DNA from: Fimicolochytrium jonesii
Taxonomy: Eukaryota
Direction of reading: 5' to 3'
Assembly: GCF_025526975.1 (NCBI RefSeq)
Contig: NW_026515694.1
Location: 124,001-188,000 of the forward strand
Length of the DNA: 64,000 nucleotides
The number at the start of each line of letters is the position of its first letter. Positions within the stretch are counted from its first letter, which is position 1. Made by a program: the position numbers and the translations under genes. This document shows positions 29,050 to 43,115 of this stretch, in pieces. Below the pieces are notes generated by a model. The model searched no databases. It saw only the letters and a program-made list of their open reading frames with translations, and was not told the DNA's origin.

Positions 29050-30020
29050 GGGCCCTGCAGGTTTATTGGACGCCGCTGCAGTAGGTATCCATCGTGAGAT
29101 GAGGTTACATAGTCGCGTAGTCGCAGACCATATTGTAGTACTGCTCGTCGGTGACTCCCACCTCTGGATCCATATCGTCGGGATAGTCAACATCAAGCTC
29201 CCCCAGCAGGCGTGGTCCATCTGGATAGTCGTCTGTTTTCGTCCCGAATGTGTCGTGGCCTAGCCACATCTGACGGTATGCAAATCTGTTGTAGTACACC
29301 AGCAGCACATGGACACCGCATGTTGACGCGAGTGGACATGGACTGTTCCCACGTTCAGATCGTCCCAGACCGACGACGAGTCCAACACCGCAAACACGTA
29401 TCCCTTGATGAACCGTGACACGTCAGACAACCGTCGTCTCCCAATCTCCCTGCATGTAGTCAGATTCTAGCTCCACAAGCGATGCCAGGTCAGACCAGAC
29501 GCGCCGTGCGGTAGATGCGATGTCGTCTCTAGCCACGAGCGCGTCGGGCGCATTATCGGCACCGAGGCGCGAAGTCGGCGAGATGTACATACAGTACGAC
29601 TGCATCAGCCTCACGCTCGACTGCTCGGCTACGACCGACCATCCTGCGACGTCCAGGGCATGCGCTTGACGCAGAGTAGTTCGGATCCATGCGTAGTACT
29701 TGGGTGGGGCGAGGGCTGGCAGTTGCTTTGAAGGTAGTATGAGTATGACGAGCTAAGCTTCGGCACTGTGATGCATAGGGCGCAGAGAAAAGGGTCCGTC
29801 ATCGCAGTCTGATCGATCGCCTTAACCATCGACGTTTCTGCTGTTGAAATGGTCCGACTGTTGACCATCTACATAGGCAGCGGCGACACAAAACTCTCTC
29901 TCGATCGAGGTGGAACATAACGGAAAGGAAGCCAGGAAAAGACGCGCTGTCGAACACTAGCAATCTCTGTGCAACATATGCCTCGCCCTTTGGAGCCGTG
30001 AGTGTGAGAAACATCGTCGA
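29050..30020 (-). pseudogene. Possible degenerate coding remnant of unknown family
   Basis: Several short protein-like minus-strand ORFs (29105-29308, 29423-29614, 29629-29868, 29799-30014) separated by stops or frame changes with no clear splice solution. Confidence 0.25.
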
Positions 30021-30566
30021 CCAAGCTTCCAGCGAAGCAACACCATCCTACCGTTGGATGCCGCAATGGCAAACAGCGCAGCCGGGCGGCGCTTTCCCAG
30101 AAACTTGCCCAAATTGCAAGGACCTTATCCTTATGTATGATATTGGAATTGGGTAAGTCTTTTGCGTTGCAAAAGCCTCGGTGTTGGCGCATGCCAAAGT
30201 CAAATGTACTCTGCAAAGAGCTGCCATGCGCACCGAGCAGAGGGCTTGTCGGCGGATTTTCGTACGTCCAGATACATGAGATTCTCGAACGGGTTGTGAT
30301 GTGACCTGTTAGAGCTGACTTTTGCCAGCGCAAGCGTGATGCTGGATGTGAAGGCTCAGAAACTTTGTCCTCTCATCCGATACGTGGCACACAAGAAGTG
30401 CAAGGTTCTATCAAATGTATTTTCACCAGGGTACGCGACAGTGTGAGACACTACACGCAATCCCTGCTCTTCCTTATATGGGACAAGAAGAGCTGCTCAA
30501 TACAGCATCAGGAACTGATTCAAGTTGGTCGACTCAAACGTCACAGTTCGTTTAGATTGTGAAAAT

Positions 30567-31261
30567 CTAAGCGTTCTGGATGGTGACCTCAACCTCAACT
30601 CCGGGCTCGATAGAGATGGAGGTCTGCGCGATTGGAATGGGTGGACGGATATAAGTGTCATGTCATGTAAACAGAAACATGGGTAAAGTCAACTTACGAT
30701 CTGCTTGACGATCTCAGAGGGAGAGTGGAGGTCGATGAGACGCTTGTGGATACGCATCTCGTAACGGTCCCAGGTCTTGGAACCCTCACCACAAGGGGTC
30801 TTACGGGTGGTGATACGGAGGACCTTGGTGGGGAGACGGACGGGTCCCTTGACCTTGAGCTGCTTGTCCTTGGCACGGTGGATCAAGTCAGCGCAGACTG
30901 CAGAAGGAGGGAGTAGAAGAATAAGTATCAAAGTTCTTGGCGTTCAATGTTCATTCTTGATCACTTTTCCTAGTGCCTGCATTTCTACTCCGTCCCCTCC
31001 ATTCAGACCGCGCCCCCTTTTCGCTCGCCATTCCTACATCCCTTCATTTCTCCACCCCCTCATGCCTAACAGCGCTATAATGTAAACTCCCGCCGGTTGC
31101 ACCTCCAGCCTCCCACTGTCCTCTGTCGAACTGTATCCCCTCCACGTACCCTTCTCGAGGTTCTTGACGTTGCGAGAGGTGAGGGTAATACGAATGCGGT
31201 GGATCTTGGGCTCCACGGCCTCTTCGTAACCTTGCTTTCCCTTAGGAGCGACGTAAGACAT
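30567..31261 (-). CDS. RPS20: 40S ribosomal protein S20 (uS10), 3 exons
   Basis: [62 protein letters not shown]. Confidence 0.97.
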
Positions 31262-31628
31262 GTTGCTGTATGTAGACGGAGTAACACGACTCAGCGGTGA
31301 CTCTGGGATTTTGCGTTTGCTGGAGAGAGAGAGCGAGCGAGCGAGAGGGCGAGAAACGGTTTCTCTTGACCGCCCAACGCAACCCTTCCTGAGGAAATTT
31401 TTGCTTTTCGAGAGCGTCACGTGAAGTAGCGTGATTGGCACGTAATTCAATTGAGTTTTTTGTCCAACTTAGGAACGCAGCCAATCACGTCACGTCCGAT
31501 TTCAAATCAATCGGCGTTGAACTGTCTTCACTCTGAAGGATCCTGCTCTGCCAACTCGCAACCTCCACACTCATCGCAACTCCGCAAGCCAGTCGCATCC
31601 TGCTACTCTCATCGCACACAGCAACACC

Positions 31629-32675
31629 ATGTCCCAGCAAGCCACTGCCTCCCACAACAACCGCAAGCTGCTCATTACGGGCGCCACAGGATACATCGGC
31701 GGCACGGTTCTCGCCGCTCTCGCTCACACCAACAAATACCACATCACAGCTCTTGTCAGAGACGATGACCGCGCCAACACCCTCAAGAAGCACGTCAACG
31801 GCATCAACACCGCCGTTGGCGGCTACACCGACTATCATGTTCTAGAGAACGCAGCAAAAGAAGCCGATATCGTCGTGCACACAGCTGAATCGGCCGATAA
31901 CCTCGACGCGGCGAAGGCCATCCTGAAGGGGCTGCAAAGTGTCAAACGCTCCTTCCCTGCCGTCTACATTCACACCTCTGGCACAGGTGTTCTCTCCGAC
32001 TCGGCACAAGGACACCCAGCCAATCCCAACGTCTACACAGACGTCGACATGAGCCAAATCAACACGTTGGCGGACGACCAGCCGCATCGTAATGTTGACC
32101 TCGAGATCTTGAACGCAGTCCGCGGGAAAGCGGACACCATCCGCACCGCCATCGTGTGCCCTCCCTTGATCTACGGCCTCGGTACCGGCGCGTTCAATGT
32201 CCACTCTCAGCAGGTGCCTGCTATGATCAAAGCTGCTCAGAAGAAGGGACACGCGGTGCACGCGGGCAAGGGCGACAATCTATGGAATAACGTGCATGTA
32301 CGCGATCTCGCAAAGGCGTTTACACTCATCCTTGAGAAGCTGGTGGCGGGCGATCCTAACGCGCCCGTTAATGAGAACGGATACTACTTCGTCGAGAATG
32401 GCGAGCATAGCTTCCGCGCGTTGGCTACCGATATCGCGTTGGCGTTGGAGGCACATGGCGTTGGTGATGGGAAGGCGCACCCTCTCAAGGAGGCGAAAGA
32501 GATCGCGGCACTTCTGGGTGAGGGTTATCCCGGTGGGAAACATATGCTGGCTGGCAACTCTCGCTCTCGAGCGGTGCTCGTGAGGAAGCTGGGATGGCAG
32601 CCGGTGGAAAAGTCGCTTGGGGAGACCGTCCCCTACGAAGTGGCGTACTGGGTTGACCAGGCGAAGAAGCAGTAG
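31629..32675 (+). CDS. Atypical SDR / NAD(P)-dependent epimerase-like oxidoreductase; intronless
   Basis: LLITGATGYIGG, YIHTSGTG, IVCPPLIYG, WNNVHVRDLA, NSRSRA..LGW. Confidence 0.88.
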   Translation: MSQQATASHNNRKLLITGATGYIGGTVLAALAHTNKYHITALVRDDDRANTLKKHVNGINTAVGGYTDYHVLENAAKEADIVVHTAESADNLDAAKAILKGLQSVKRSFPAVYIHTSGTGVLSDSAQGHPANPNVYTDVDMSQINTLADDQPHRNVDLEILNAVRGKADTIRTAIVCPPLIYGLGTGAFNVHSQQVPAMIKAAQKKGHAVHAGKGDNLWNNVHVRDLAKAFTLILEKLVAGDPNAPVNENGYYFVENGEHSFRALATDIALALEAHGVGDGKAHPLKEAKEIAALLGEGYPGGKHMLAGNSRSRAVLVRKLGWQPVEKSLGETVPYEVAYWVDQAKKQ

Positions 32676-33651
32676 TGATCTTATGGGCGTATATCAAATT
32701 TCGCGTTTTTGGTTGAGTACGGGTTAAGTCCTGTTCCATCCATCTGCAGCCAGGTGCATCCATTTCTTGGTATCACATGTAGTCGATAGTAAAATATAGT
32801 CGACTCGGTCACATCAAAGTAGCAGAGCAGATATTTGCAGCGTTCAAATGGGAGATGTATGTACCTGTCATCGTTGTGTGGTGTGCATACTGTCGAGACC
32901 GGATCCATTCCGTACTTGACTGGGAGAGCTGGTACCGTAAGTGTACGGATGACAACACCTCGAGCGGCGACGGGACGGGCCGCGAGCCAAACTGACGCGC
33001 GGTATCGGATCAGACGCACATGAAATGTTGGATACTGCGAGCACAAGTAAGACGGACACCCTGAAATGTGTACAGTACAGTATGTAAGTGCCCTTCCTTG
33101 GCTAAGATATGTACATATGTATCTGCAAGCCATCTCGTTCGAAGATACTGAGCGATGATCCTGATATGCGTGCGGTCAAAGTCCATCGCGCGCCGAAGAA
33201 GGAATGACAGACAAAAGCCGTTGACGAGCAAGATTGCGAGTCGTTCTCCGAGTCTTTTGCACATGCATCGAAAGCTATCTGCATCATGAAGCCATGGGGC
33301 TCGGGAGGCCGTCTGTCCGTCTGTCTTGCGAGCGAGAGAATGTCAGCGAAGCCATTGTGCGAGTGATGACGGCGGATGTCCACAACTCCCGGCGTGGGAA
33401 TCCCGCGAGTCGGAAGCCATGACGAGAGCGCTTCCTTCGTTTCCCATCGTTTCCATTCCACAGCGGTTTCCCCAATACACTCCAGCCTGCCAGCTTCCAT
33501 AGAGCTAGCTCTTCACGTCAATAGATACTCAGAGGTGTTCACACTTGCCTGCTTCTTCCATTCGCGGCCTTAGATCATCCTGTCGCAGTGCGCTTTCCAA
33601 CCTTCCTCTATCCGAGCCATTCCCATCAACCTTCCATTAAAGTCTAGGAAC

Positions 33652-36625
33652 ATGGTGAGCCATAAAGCTGAGACCAACGGGGCACCTGCCCCGGGTCGTA
33701 TCATCGTAGTCACGCACCACCTGCCATGGACGGCGACAACGACCACCGGCGTAAAAGCACCGTCGCGTAGCCCCACTAGCAAGCAGGCACCCAATCTGCC
33801 AATTTTCCAAGAAGGCGGCAATGCTTGCCAAGACGGCTTCTGCAAAGGTCCTGGAGACGCTGTACCTGGAGGGAAGTGGAAGTTCCAACGGCGTCGTGGA
33901 CACTCGGCGATCTATGCTGGAATTACCTCGCTCAAGAAGGATGATGTCGTCCACGTTGGCTGGACTGGGAATACATATGATGATGACTGCTATCCGATGG
34001 ACGCTACCGCGATGACCCAGGAGCTCCAGGACTCCCTGACCAAGGAGCTCTGGGAGGGTATGAAGTGCGTTCCAGTGCTCATCGATGAAAAGAAGGCGGC
34101 GGGACACTACGAAGGGTATTGCAAGACAGGTACGTACCCTCATCCATGTCTCTCCATAATATCCTCTTACTAACCGCACAATTGGTTGGAAGACCTTTGG
34201 CCGCTTATGCATTATGTGCTTTGGGACGCCGCACTGGACTCGAACCGACAGGACACGAAGCTGTGGGAAGACTACAAGAGCGTCAACGAAGACTTTGCCA
34301 AAACCATTGTCAAAGTTTACCAACCTGGGGATGTCAGTGAGTAAAATGGAATTACCTGACCAGGTCTTTCCATTGTCACTGGATTAACCGGATTTCTAGT
34401 TTGGATACACGATTACCACCTGCTACTCCTGCCATCGCTTTTGCGTGCTGCTATTCCGGAGGCGTGTATTGGTTTCTTCCTGCACACTCCTTTCCCGAGC
34501 TCTGAGCTCTTCCGGTGCCTTCCAAGTAAGGTTGTCACCTTAACGCGTTCCAATCCTCGCCCCAGCTCACCCGTTTACCTCACAGAGCGGAAAGAGATCT
34601 TAAAAGGCGTTTTGGGATCCACGATGATTGGCTTCCAAACGTACTCCTACGCAAGGCATTTCTTGAGCAGCTGTACGCGAGTTTTGGGGCTGGAATCTAC
34701 ACCCATAGGCGTGGACTACAACGGATCGTCGGTCGCCATTCACATTATCCCCATCGGCATCGATCCGACGGAGCTGGAGAGACGAAGGTGACTATATAGG
34801 TCCTTTGAGGCAAAGCCCCAACGTATGTCTCACACGAGCACTCTTTTGTCTCTGAAGAAAACTTCCCAATGTTTTGGAGAAGATGGCCTCCATCAAAGAG
34901 ATGTATGCCGGGAAGAAGATCATCATTGGGCGGGACAAGTTGGATCACGTCAAAGGGGTACAGCATAAGATGAATGCATTCCAAAGCTTTTTGACCATGT
35001 TTCCGGAATGGCAGAATAAGGTTTGGCCTGGAAGTGTATTCTCGGATCCTTGCGTTCCCATGGCTAAGCTTTGATGAACATTTCCTTCAGGTGGTTCTCA
35101 TTCAAGTCACTTCGCCACCAGAACGGGATTCACCAAAACTTGAGGCGAAGGTCTCCGAACTCGTGTCGCGTATCAATGGCAGTTTTGGCACACTGGAATT
35201 CGCCCCGGTACATCATTACCATCAGCACCTCGAACAGGACGACTACTACGCGCTTCTGAGCATCGCCGATCTTGGGTTGATCACAGCTGTACGCGATGGT
35301 ATGAACACCACATCGCACGAGTTCGTCGTATGTCAGCGGGAGAAGAAGGGTCCTTTGATCCTCAGCGAGTTCACCGGAACAGCGGGATCTTTGAGCGCTG
35401 CCATTCTCGTCAACCCGTGGGACTATCAGGGTGTCGCAAATACCATCAACGAAGCCCTCACCTTGTCCAAGGAAGAGAAAGCGATCAAACACCAGCAAAT
35501 GCTCGACCACGTCCTGAGCAACACCGCCGCGTTCTGGGCTGCCACTTTCGTCAAGGAACTGCGAATGGCCTCGCAACTGCCATCCATGACAAGCACGACG
35601 CCGGTTCTGGACATTCCATTGGTTGTGGAGCGGTACAGGAAGGCAAAGAGGCGGTTGCTGATGTTTGACTATGATGGAACGTTGACGCCGATCGTCAAAA
35701 CACCTGGAGCTGCTCTCCCACCGCCGGAAATGCTGAAGGCAATGCAGGTTCTGGCCAATGATCCGAAGAACGTTGTTTTTATCATCTCTGGCAGAGATCA
35801 GGAGTGTCTCGAGAACTGGATGGGAGGAGTGAAGGGACTGGGGCTCAGGTGAGGGACGGGTTTTGGGCTTGAGAACCCTGCAGTTGTATTGTCTCATGTC
35901 CATTTGACACACTCTCTATCGCGCAGTGCTGAGCACGGTTGCTTCCTCAAATACCCATCATCCGACGGGAAAGCAGAAGATTGGATCAACTTGTCCGAAG
36001 AGCTCGACTTCGGATGGAAGAAGGAGGTCAGCGAGATCTTTGACTACTACACCGAACGGACCCAGGGCTCCTTCGTGGAACACAAGCGGTGCTCGATCAC
36101 GTGGCACTACCGTATGGCGGATCCAGAATATGGGTATGTCATATCGTCTCTCAATTAAGGGAAGGTAGTGAATTGAACGCCAATCCCGCTCTTGACAGGT
36201 TATTCCAAGCCAACGAATGTCAGAATCACCTCGAAAATGCGGTGCTGTCGAAGTTGCCAATTGAGATCCTGATCGGAAAAAAGAACCTTGAGGTGCCTAT
36301 GAGAGCCGGATCATCTGATGTTTCCAAAGCATTTAGCTGACCCACATGTCATCTTGATCAGGTTCGACCCATCGCGATCAACAAGGGCGAGATCGTGAAA
36401 CGCCTCATCCAACAAACCCCCGGAATCGACTTCCTCTTCTGCGCCGGAGACGACCGAACCGACGAAGACATGTTCAAGCAAGTCCGCAAAACCGAACTCC
36501 CCGACGAGGTGCAACACAACTGCACGATCGGAAGCGCCACCAAAAAGACGCACGCGCAATGGCACGTCCCTTCGCCCGCGGAACTGAACGGACTTCTCGC
36601 TGAGCTCGCCAAAGTAACAAATTGA
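33652..36625 (+). CDS. TPS2: Trehalose-6-phosphate phosphatase (GT20-like domain + HAD phosphatase)
   Basis: WIHDYHL, GFFLHTPFPSSE, GRDKLD (non-catalytic synthase-like), DYDGTLTP, SGRD, AEHG, GDDRTDEDMF. Confidence 0.93.
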
Positions 36626-36953
36626 CTCTATTTATAACCGTTCGTCGAAGTTGTCGAGAGATCTTACGGAGACCGGAAGGAGAATAATGTGCATACGGGG
36701 ATTGCATACTTGTATATGTAGGATAGGGATTTGAATTGTTGGGTATGCTTTGGAATTGGGTTGTGTGCGCGACCTTCCCATTTGATATAGATATCCTAGA
36801 TGTTCATTGGGATTTTCAATCATTGCATCCTTATTTCTCTATCTATTCAAGGCGGAAACCTTTCTTGTGTTCCGGCGGAAAGGCTTTGTATGCTGACGAT
36901 ATTCCCTCGATCTTCACTAAATTCATGTTTGTAAATTACACCTATCGAAGCCC

Positions 36954-39900
36954 CTACTTCACCGAGCCCCAAAACTTCTCAAGAATCTTGCAGAAAGCCA
37001 ATGCCTTCTCCGCATCCTTCTTTTCCTTCTCACTTCCTCGACCCTGACGTTCGCTCAACCCCCGTAATGCAGCCTCGGTCGCCTTAAACGTAGCATCCGC
37101 CTCTCCCCTCAACTCCTTCAAAACCTCATCCGTCTCAGCCGCCCGCTTGTACAATGCAAACTCAGTGATGGCCAGCGTGAACGCCGACTCGCCGATGAGG
37201 ACGAGCTCGATCGGCGGGAGCGCGTTCGCGGCGTCTTGCAGGGTCTTGTCAACCTCACTCCCGCCGTTGTTGGACTCCCCACTAGCGGCGGCGCCCGACC
37301 CGTCCTTCGACAGTAACGCGTTCATCCGTCGCACGAGCCCAAACAGGGTTCCCATCGTGGCCCCTTGCCCGCCGTGCACGGACATGGTGGCCTCAAAGAC
37401 ATGCTTGCGATCCCAGTCCTGCTCTTCTTTCGTGACGAGTAGATGGTCTGCATCGAGGTACAGGCGGAAGTAGCCGACAAAATTGCGCACGACGAGAAGG
37501 AGACTGCGGGTTGCGTCGATGGACAGTTGCGTGGACGGTATTCCTTGTTGGGAGGAGTCGGATTCGCCAGCGGTGGTCGTGCGATTCGTCGCAGCTTTTT
37601 GTTGTTGTTGAGACAATGGCAGGACTGCTGAAAGATCCCAATCGCTCCCCAGTCCGGCCAACCCAACGCCAGTCCCGACGGAAGCGATTCGGTGGTGCAT
37701 CTCGTACGGGTTGTCTAACAAGAACGCAAAGTAGCCGAGCACTTGCAGAGCCAACTCAATGACAGCGTCCAGGATTGCATAATCCGCCCCACCGCTGTTC
37801 CCTGCCATAGCGTCAAGCTCCGCATCGGGCTGATTCGCCCATGAACACAGGGTGTAGAACAGTTCGCTGATCCTCAGTATCTCCTCAATCCTCGCTAGCG
37901 GAATGTTCCCATCCACCCTGACGTCGATGGCTTTAGTGATTTGGGTCTGATACACCCTGATGAAGCCTGTAGCTTCTTCTACGAGTGTGGGATTGTATCC
38001 CAGGAACTGGACAACGCGGGTGGAGAGGGACAGCATGGCGCACCATACCTTGTGCCAGGGATTGCGCCGTTGCGTGTCGATGTACGGTGAGATCAGGCCC
38101 TGATTCAACGCAGGCGTCATGGAATTGTTGGACAGGTAAACGACGATGTTTTCCGCGGCCAGGCGCTCAGCGCCCAGCGGGGTTTCAGCGATGGCAAGCA
38201 TGGCGAACAGGAGGTCGTGTGCGAACATCGGCCACTCCTCAAAGGTCTCCGAAACCGCTTTTTGCAGGACTACGACAAGAAGCTGCACCACTTCATAGCG
38301 ATCCATTGTTGCGATGGCTGAGGTTGGGTCGAGATACTCGCTAAACCCCATTATCTCGGTAAAGCATGTGAGAGTAACATTGACTTCGCGTTGCTGTTTA
38401 ATATATTGCTCCGGTCCGAGACCTTTCAGCAACAGTGATAGGCCCTTGCTCACGACGGGAAGGAGCAATTGCATCGTTTCCCGAATTTCTGGTGCAACCT
38501 TCGTCTTCCCATCCTGGGTGTTTGCCCTCAACGTCCTCAGGCCAGCCCCGATGGCAGCCAATAGCTCGACATGGAAAGGGTATTCCGATAACGTTCCCCT
38601 CGGCCCCAAGATATACGTCTCCGCCGACATACAATGATGCAGACGCTTCACGATATCCGCCGCTTCTTTGGCGTTTGTGTCCAGAGGGCGTTCCTTTATT
38701 AGGTCGTCCCAGACCGCAACAAGGAACAACAGTAGGTTGCTGATTTCCGTCCGGTAAGTAATGGCGGCCCCATCTGTCCTGTGGTCGTTCACCAATGTTT
38801 CCGTTAACCTTGTGATCAGCTGATATATCTGATTCGCCGACAGCTTCGTCTCCGTTGGCGCCGTACGTCCCTTGGATTCACCAGGGCCAGCCAGGTACAT
38901 GGTCGCGTATACCTTCAGGAACTGCTTCCATGCCCTCACAAGCGCGATATGGGCGTCAGTCATCGATCGGTTATGGTTCAGTGCACATAGTCGGGACAGG
39001 AATTCAGCATATGTTTCTTGCTCTTCGTCGTCGGCCCTGTACTGGATATGCCCGCTCATTTTCGCACGAAGAAGCTCCAAGTCGTACACGTAATTATCGC
39101 CGAACTGGCTGTCAACGTCGAGATCATCCGACCAGTTCAGCAGTTTATATGCTGGCAGCGAAAGCGGGATGTTGAGATGGCCGACCAGATCCAGTACTTC
39201 CAGCGGTAGGTCTGATTTGATAGGTAAGGTGGAGTCATCGGTAAAGAGCGCGAGTTGGCCTTGTGCATTTTGTTTCTCGAATACCGTTTTGACGGCCCTC
39301 AAGGCTGCAGAATTCCCTTGCATGCCTTTCGAGAAGTAGACCTCAAAGGCCAGGATGCGGAGCGCATAGGTCCGCACGAGTTTCCCGTAACAGAACCGTC
39401 GAAGCTGCGTGTGCTCCTCGGATAAGGATCGAGGCTCCAGTCCTACGAGCGGCTCTTCCGTGGGCTCGGGCGGATCGTCACTGAACACTTCGTCGAGCGA
39501 CGACCAAAACTCTGCTCGGGCGCGTAGCTTATCCAGCATGACCATATACTGTGGGGCATTCTGCCACAACGCGTCCATGAGTCGCATCGCAGCAGGTAGC
39601 GTGGAGGGGGCTTCGTCGAGAACATTCTTCCATCTCGTCAGCAGGGCGAGTGCCGGGGTGAGAACGGACAGTTCGGGAAGGTCCTGGGAACTGCCTGACG
39701 GCGGTTTACTGGTGGATGCATATAACTCGGCCACCGATGACGGTAAGGTCGGTTGTGCTGCTTCGCCGGTCAGCAGCATAGCTCCGAGTCCAGGTTGTGT
39801 CGCAATGACTATCGTGACTAGGTTGTATAATGCGGTTTGAAGTTCTTCGGAACTGCTGGCCGAAGATGAAGTATCCGTTAGGCCTTTGATTACCGACGAC

Positions 39901-42900
39901 ACAAAGTGATATGCATCAAGGCCGAGGTAACCGGCGAACGAAGGTTGAGCCGGCTGCCAGTCAGCTGCTACGGCGCACAGGAGTGTGAGGACTTCCGCAG
40001 CAAGGAGAGGTAATGGTCGGTGATTCTGATAGCTGATGTAACGCCCAAGAACCTGCACCAACTCCACGGGATCGCTCTGCGTGCCGTTCGTCTGAACCGT
40101 TCGGTCCAAGAGCGCGTGTTCGAGAAGCGAAATGTTCATCCCGCCAAGCTTTCTTCTCTTCAGCAAAGATTTCACGAACAGAAGAGCATTTTCGATACAT
40201 TCTTCCGAAGTGCGAGCGCTCTGCATCCGAAGCTCACGATAAAACCTTAGCGGCACGTCGTTACCCAGGGAAACGATATCAATGAGCGGCGCAAGTTGGT
40301 ACATGCTCCCGTCAGCCAGGTAACCGCGGGCGAGGTATTGCTGCACTGCGCTGAAATCAACCAGAGCCGCAGACCGTGATGGCGATTCTTCATGTGCCCA
40401 TGACGAGTCAAACATGATCTGATTGAAGATCTGCAGAATCTTCAGGCCCAACTGATACTTGTGTTGAAGATGCACGTATCGCCATCCTCCATGTTTCGGA
40501 AACAGCTGGCTGTGGATGTAGACTACGGCCGAGAAGAGGACTTCTGACTTCAACACAGCGGAGTCGCGAATCCGGGCATGCGCAATGAGCTTCTTCTCCA
40601 AGCGCAAGCGGTTGTCCACACCCCCTACTTTCGCATCGAACGCTTCTCGCAGCTGAGCATCGCCTTGAGCACGCCAGAATTCGGCTTCCAGTTCGTGTTC
40701 CGCAGGCGAGAGCGAAACAGCTTGTGGTCGCAATGTTTGCGCATCCTTGATCAAAGCCGACACTAAATCCAAAAAGGCCATGGTCGTCGGGTATAAGCCC
40801 GCAGCGATTTCCGCTGGTAACAGCACCTCTTCCATGTAGCTGTTGGCGGATGACAATCGGATCGCGGCCGAGTACCGCGGAAAGAGCCCATCTATCCGCA
40901 AATGTTTCCATACTGCGTCGGGGAAGTATGGCAAGAGGAGGGACAAACAAGTCATGGCCGAGGTCAGGAGCTGGATTGGCGGAGTAGCGAACGTGCATGC
41001 CCGATTGAGAACTTGGCAAATAAGACCAACGAAATGCTCAGCTGTCTTTTCACCCCAGGTTGCCAGAGTCGTTGTGAACATGGAGACATGTGCAATAAAC
41101 TCGCTGAGTAGAGTCTCGTCCGCGTGCTGGAGGAAGGTGTTGAGCAGCTTGAGAATGTCTGCGATGTGTTCCGGTTTGCCTGACGTGCATGTCGAGGGTT
41201 GCAATCCCGTGAGCAACCCAGCACCATGGAGGAAGGAGTCCATCATGCTGAAGAGAAGATGCCAGCCGGAGTAATTGAAACGAAGGAGTAAGATCTTCGG
41301 ATCGTCATGGATCAGCTGTCCTTCACACTGCTCTGGCGGCCCCAGAATGAGGTCCCGCGCTCCATACACAATCCCCTGAGAGTATCCATTCCAAGCAAAG
41401 AACGTACTCCCACTCTCATTTTCTCTGAAGGGATCCTCCTGATAATCGTACGGTCGATAAAAGTCTGCAAACGTTGGCAGACTCTTGAAGTACCGAAAAA
41501 CGTACGCGGCTGTCCGTGAGCTACTGATCGTCGAGCTCAGGAGTTGGACAAGCGAGCTGAACTCTATCGGAAAGGCTCTGCGCGCCGTGTCCAGCAGTGA
41601 TCGGCGCTCGGGTATCCCATAGTCGTGCTCCCACCATTCCAACCCCAGTTGCTCTTCGTTTGTAAACAGACACGACAAGCACTGAAGGAAGACTTCTCGA
41701 TCTGGCAGTGCCGAGGCATCCTCAACCGTCTCGAGAAGCAACATCAGCATATCCTTGATGATGCTCTTATATCCTAGCGCAATATGAACATCCACCACCA
41801 TTGGGCCCCGCAGCGCGCCAATAAGGTACGGGATGGCTTGCCCAGCCAAATACGCTTGCTGGACCAGGAGCTGTGGAGTCCTCGAATATGGTACTCCAAT
41901 GTTGACGTTCTCCTCGATGAATTTGCACACCTCCGCCTGTGGACCGTCGTTGAACTGTTCCAAGTACGGATGAACTGCCTGCATCAAGACACCCCAAGCC
42001 ATCATGACCGGGGCAATAGGGTCACTGCGCCCATGCGACGCTACAATGCTGTGCTCGATGGCCCCGTAAATCTGTTTGATAGCATCCGGCGAGTCGGCGA
42101 AAGGTGCCGTGTCCAGATTGGTGGCGTCGATCAGCTCGTTGAGGCGCATCAGCTCGATGGAAACCATGACGCAAAGATCGGAAATATGCTTGGTGATGGC
42201 CGATGCCTCCTCATTAAGCAGAGATTCGTTGCTCTGACTCCGACCAAAATCAAAATCTTCGATCAACGAGCGAAGGAACCGACTAGCTAGCGTTGAAGAG
42301 CAAGGCGCGACGCTATAGTAGACCAAGAAGATGATCTGCAAAAGAACTCGTTGTTCTCGAACGAACTGGTTCGCCCACGTCCTCGCCCATTCAGGATCCG
42401 CCGCTACTTGAGGCGGAATCTCGCCACTAATAACAATGTCCAGCTGTTTCAAGAGACGCTCCCCAGCCGCTTCGCTGTCCTGGAACATCCCCTGGACAAA
42501 TGTCAAGATATCTTCGTAGAACCGATGTTCCTCGTCGTCTGCAGCCCGTATTATCGCCACAAGCGCAAGCAGGGTCTCCTCCCTCTCATTCAGGTACTGC
42601 TGTTGCATTGCTACGACGAGCATCTCATCGTTGTAATTGATCTGTTTCATCTGCGACCAATCTATCCGCCGCCTCACCGCCGGAGCTTCCAGATCGTCTT
42701 TGATGCATGTTTCCAATATGCTCTCGCACTGCACTGCATCCAGATGCATGAGCGTGCTCATTTTGGCGAGGAAGTCTGCTTTTGGTTTCTCTGCCCGCTC
42801 TCTGACTTTCCGTGCCGACTCTTCGTTGGGCGCCTTGTACCCCCCAATGCCCCCCAAAAGCGCTTCGCGATGCGAATTGAGGTTGTACACAAACGTCTCT

Positions 42901-43115
42901 CTGGTACAGTTCCGCTCCCCCTCATTTTCGATCGCTTGCCATAACCCTTTTCGAGTCCAAGTCCTGTAAAAGGCCGCATCCTAAGATCAGTCAATTGCAC
43001 TGTGGACGGCCAAGGCGCAAACGAATTGAAGCCATTACCTGATCTTCTCTTTGGGCGGCGCTGTCTTTGCTGAGACAGCAAAAGGTATATTCCCTGGTCG
43101 CGCCTGCGCCGCCAT
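36954..43115 (-). CDS. NUP188: Nucleoporin Nup188 (~2030 aa; short first exon, one intron ~42965-43038)
   Basis: Very long helical ORF; YLNERE..LL, AFPIEFSSLVQLL, YSGWHLLF and E..AGLYPTTMAFLDL resemble Nup188 blocks; first exon MAAQARPG..EKIR splices in frame. Confidence 0.75.

Noticed and set aside
30900..31150. snoRNA in the long first intron of RPS20
   Set aside because: No good C box (RUGAUGA) with paired termini and no clear H/ACA architecture.
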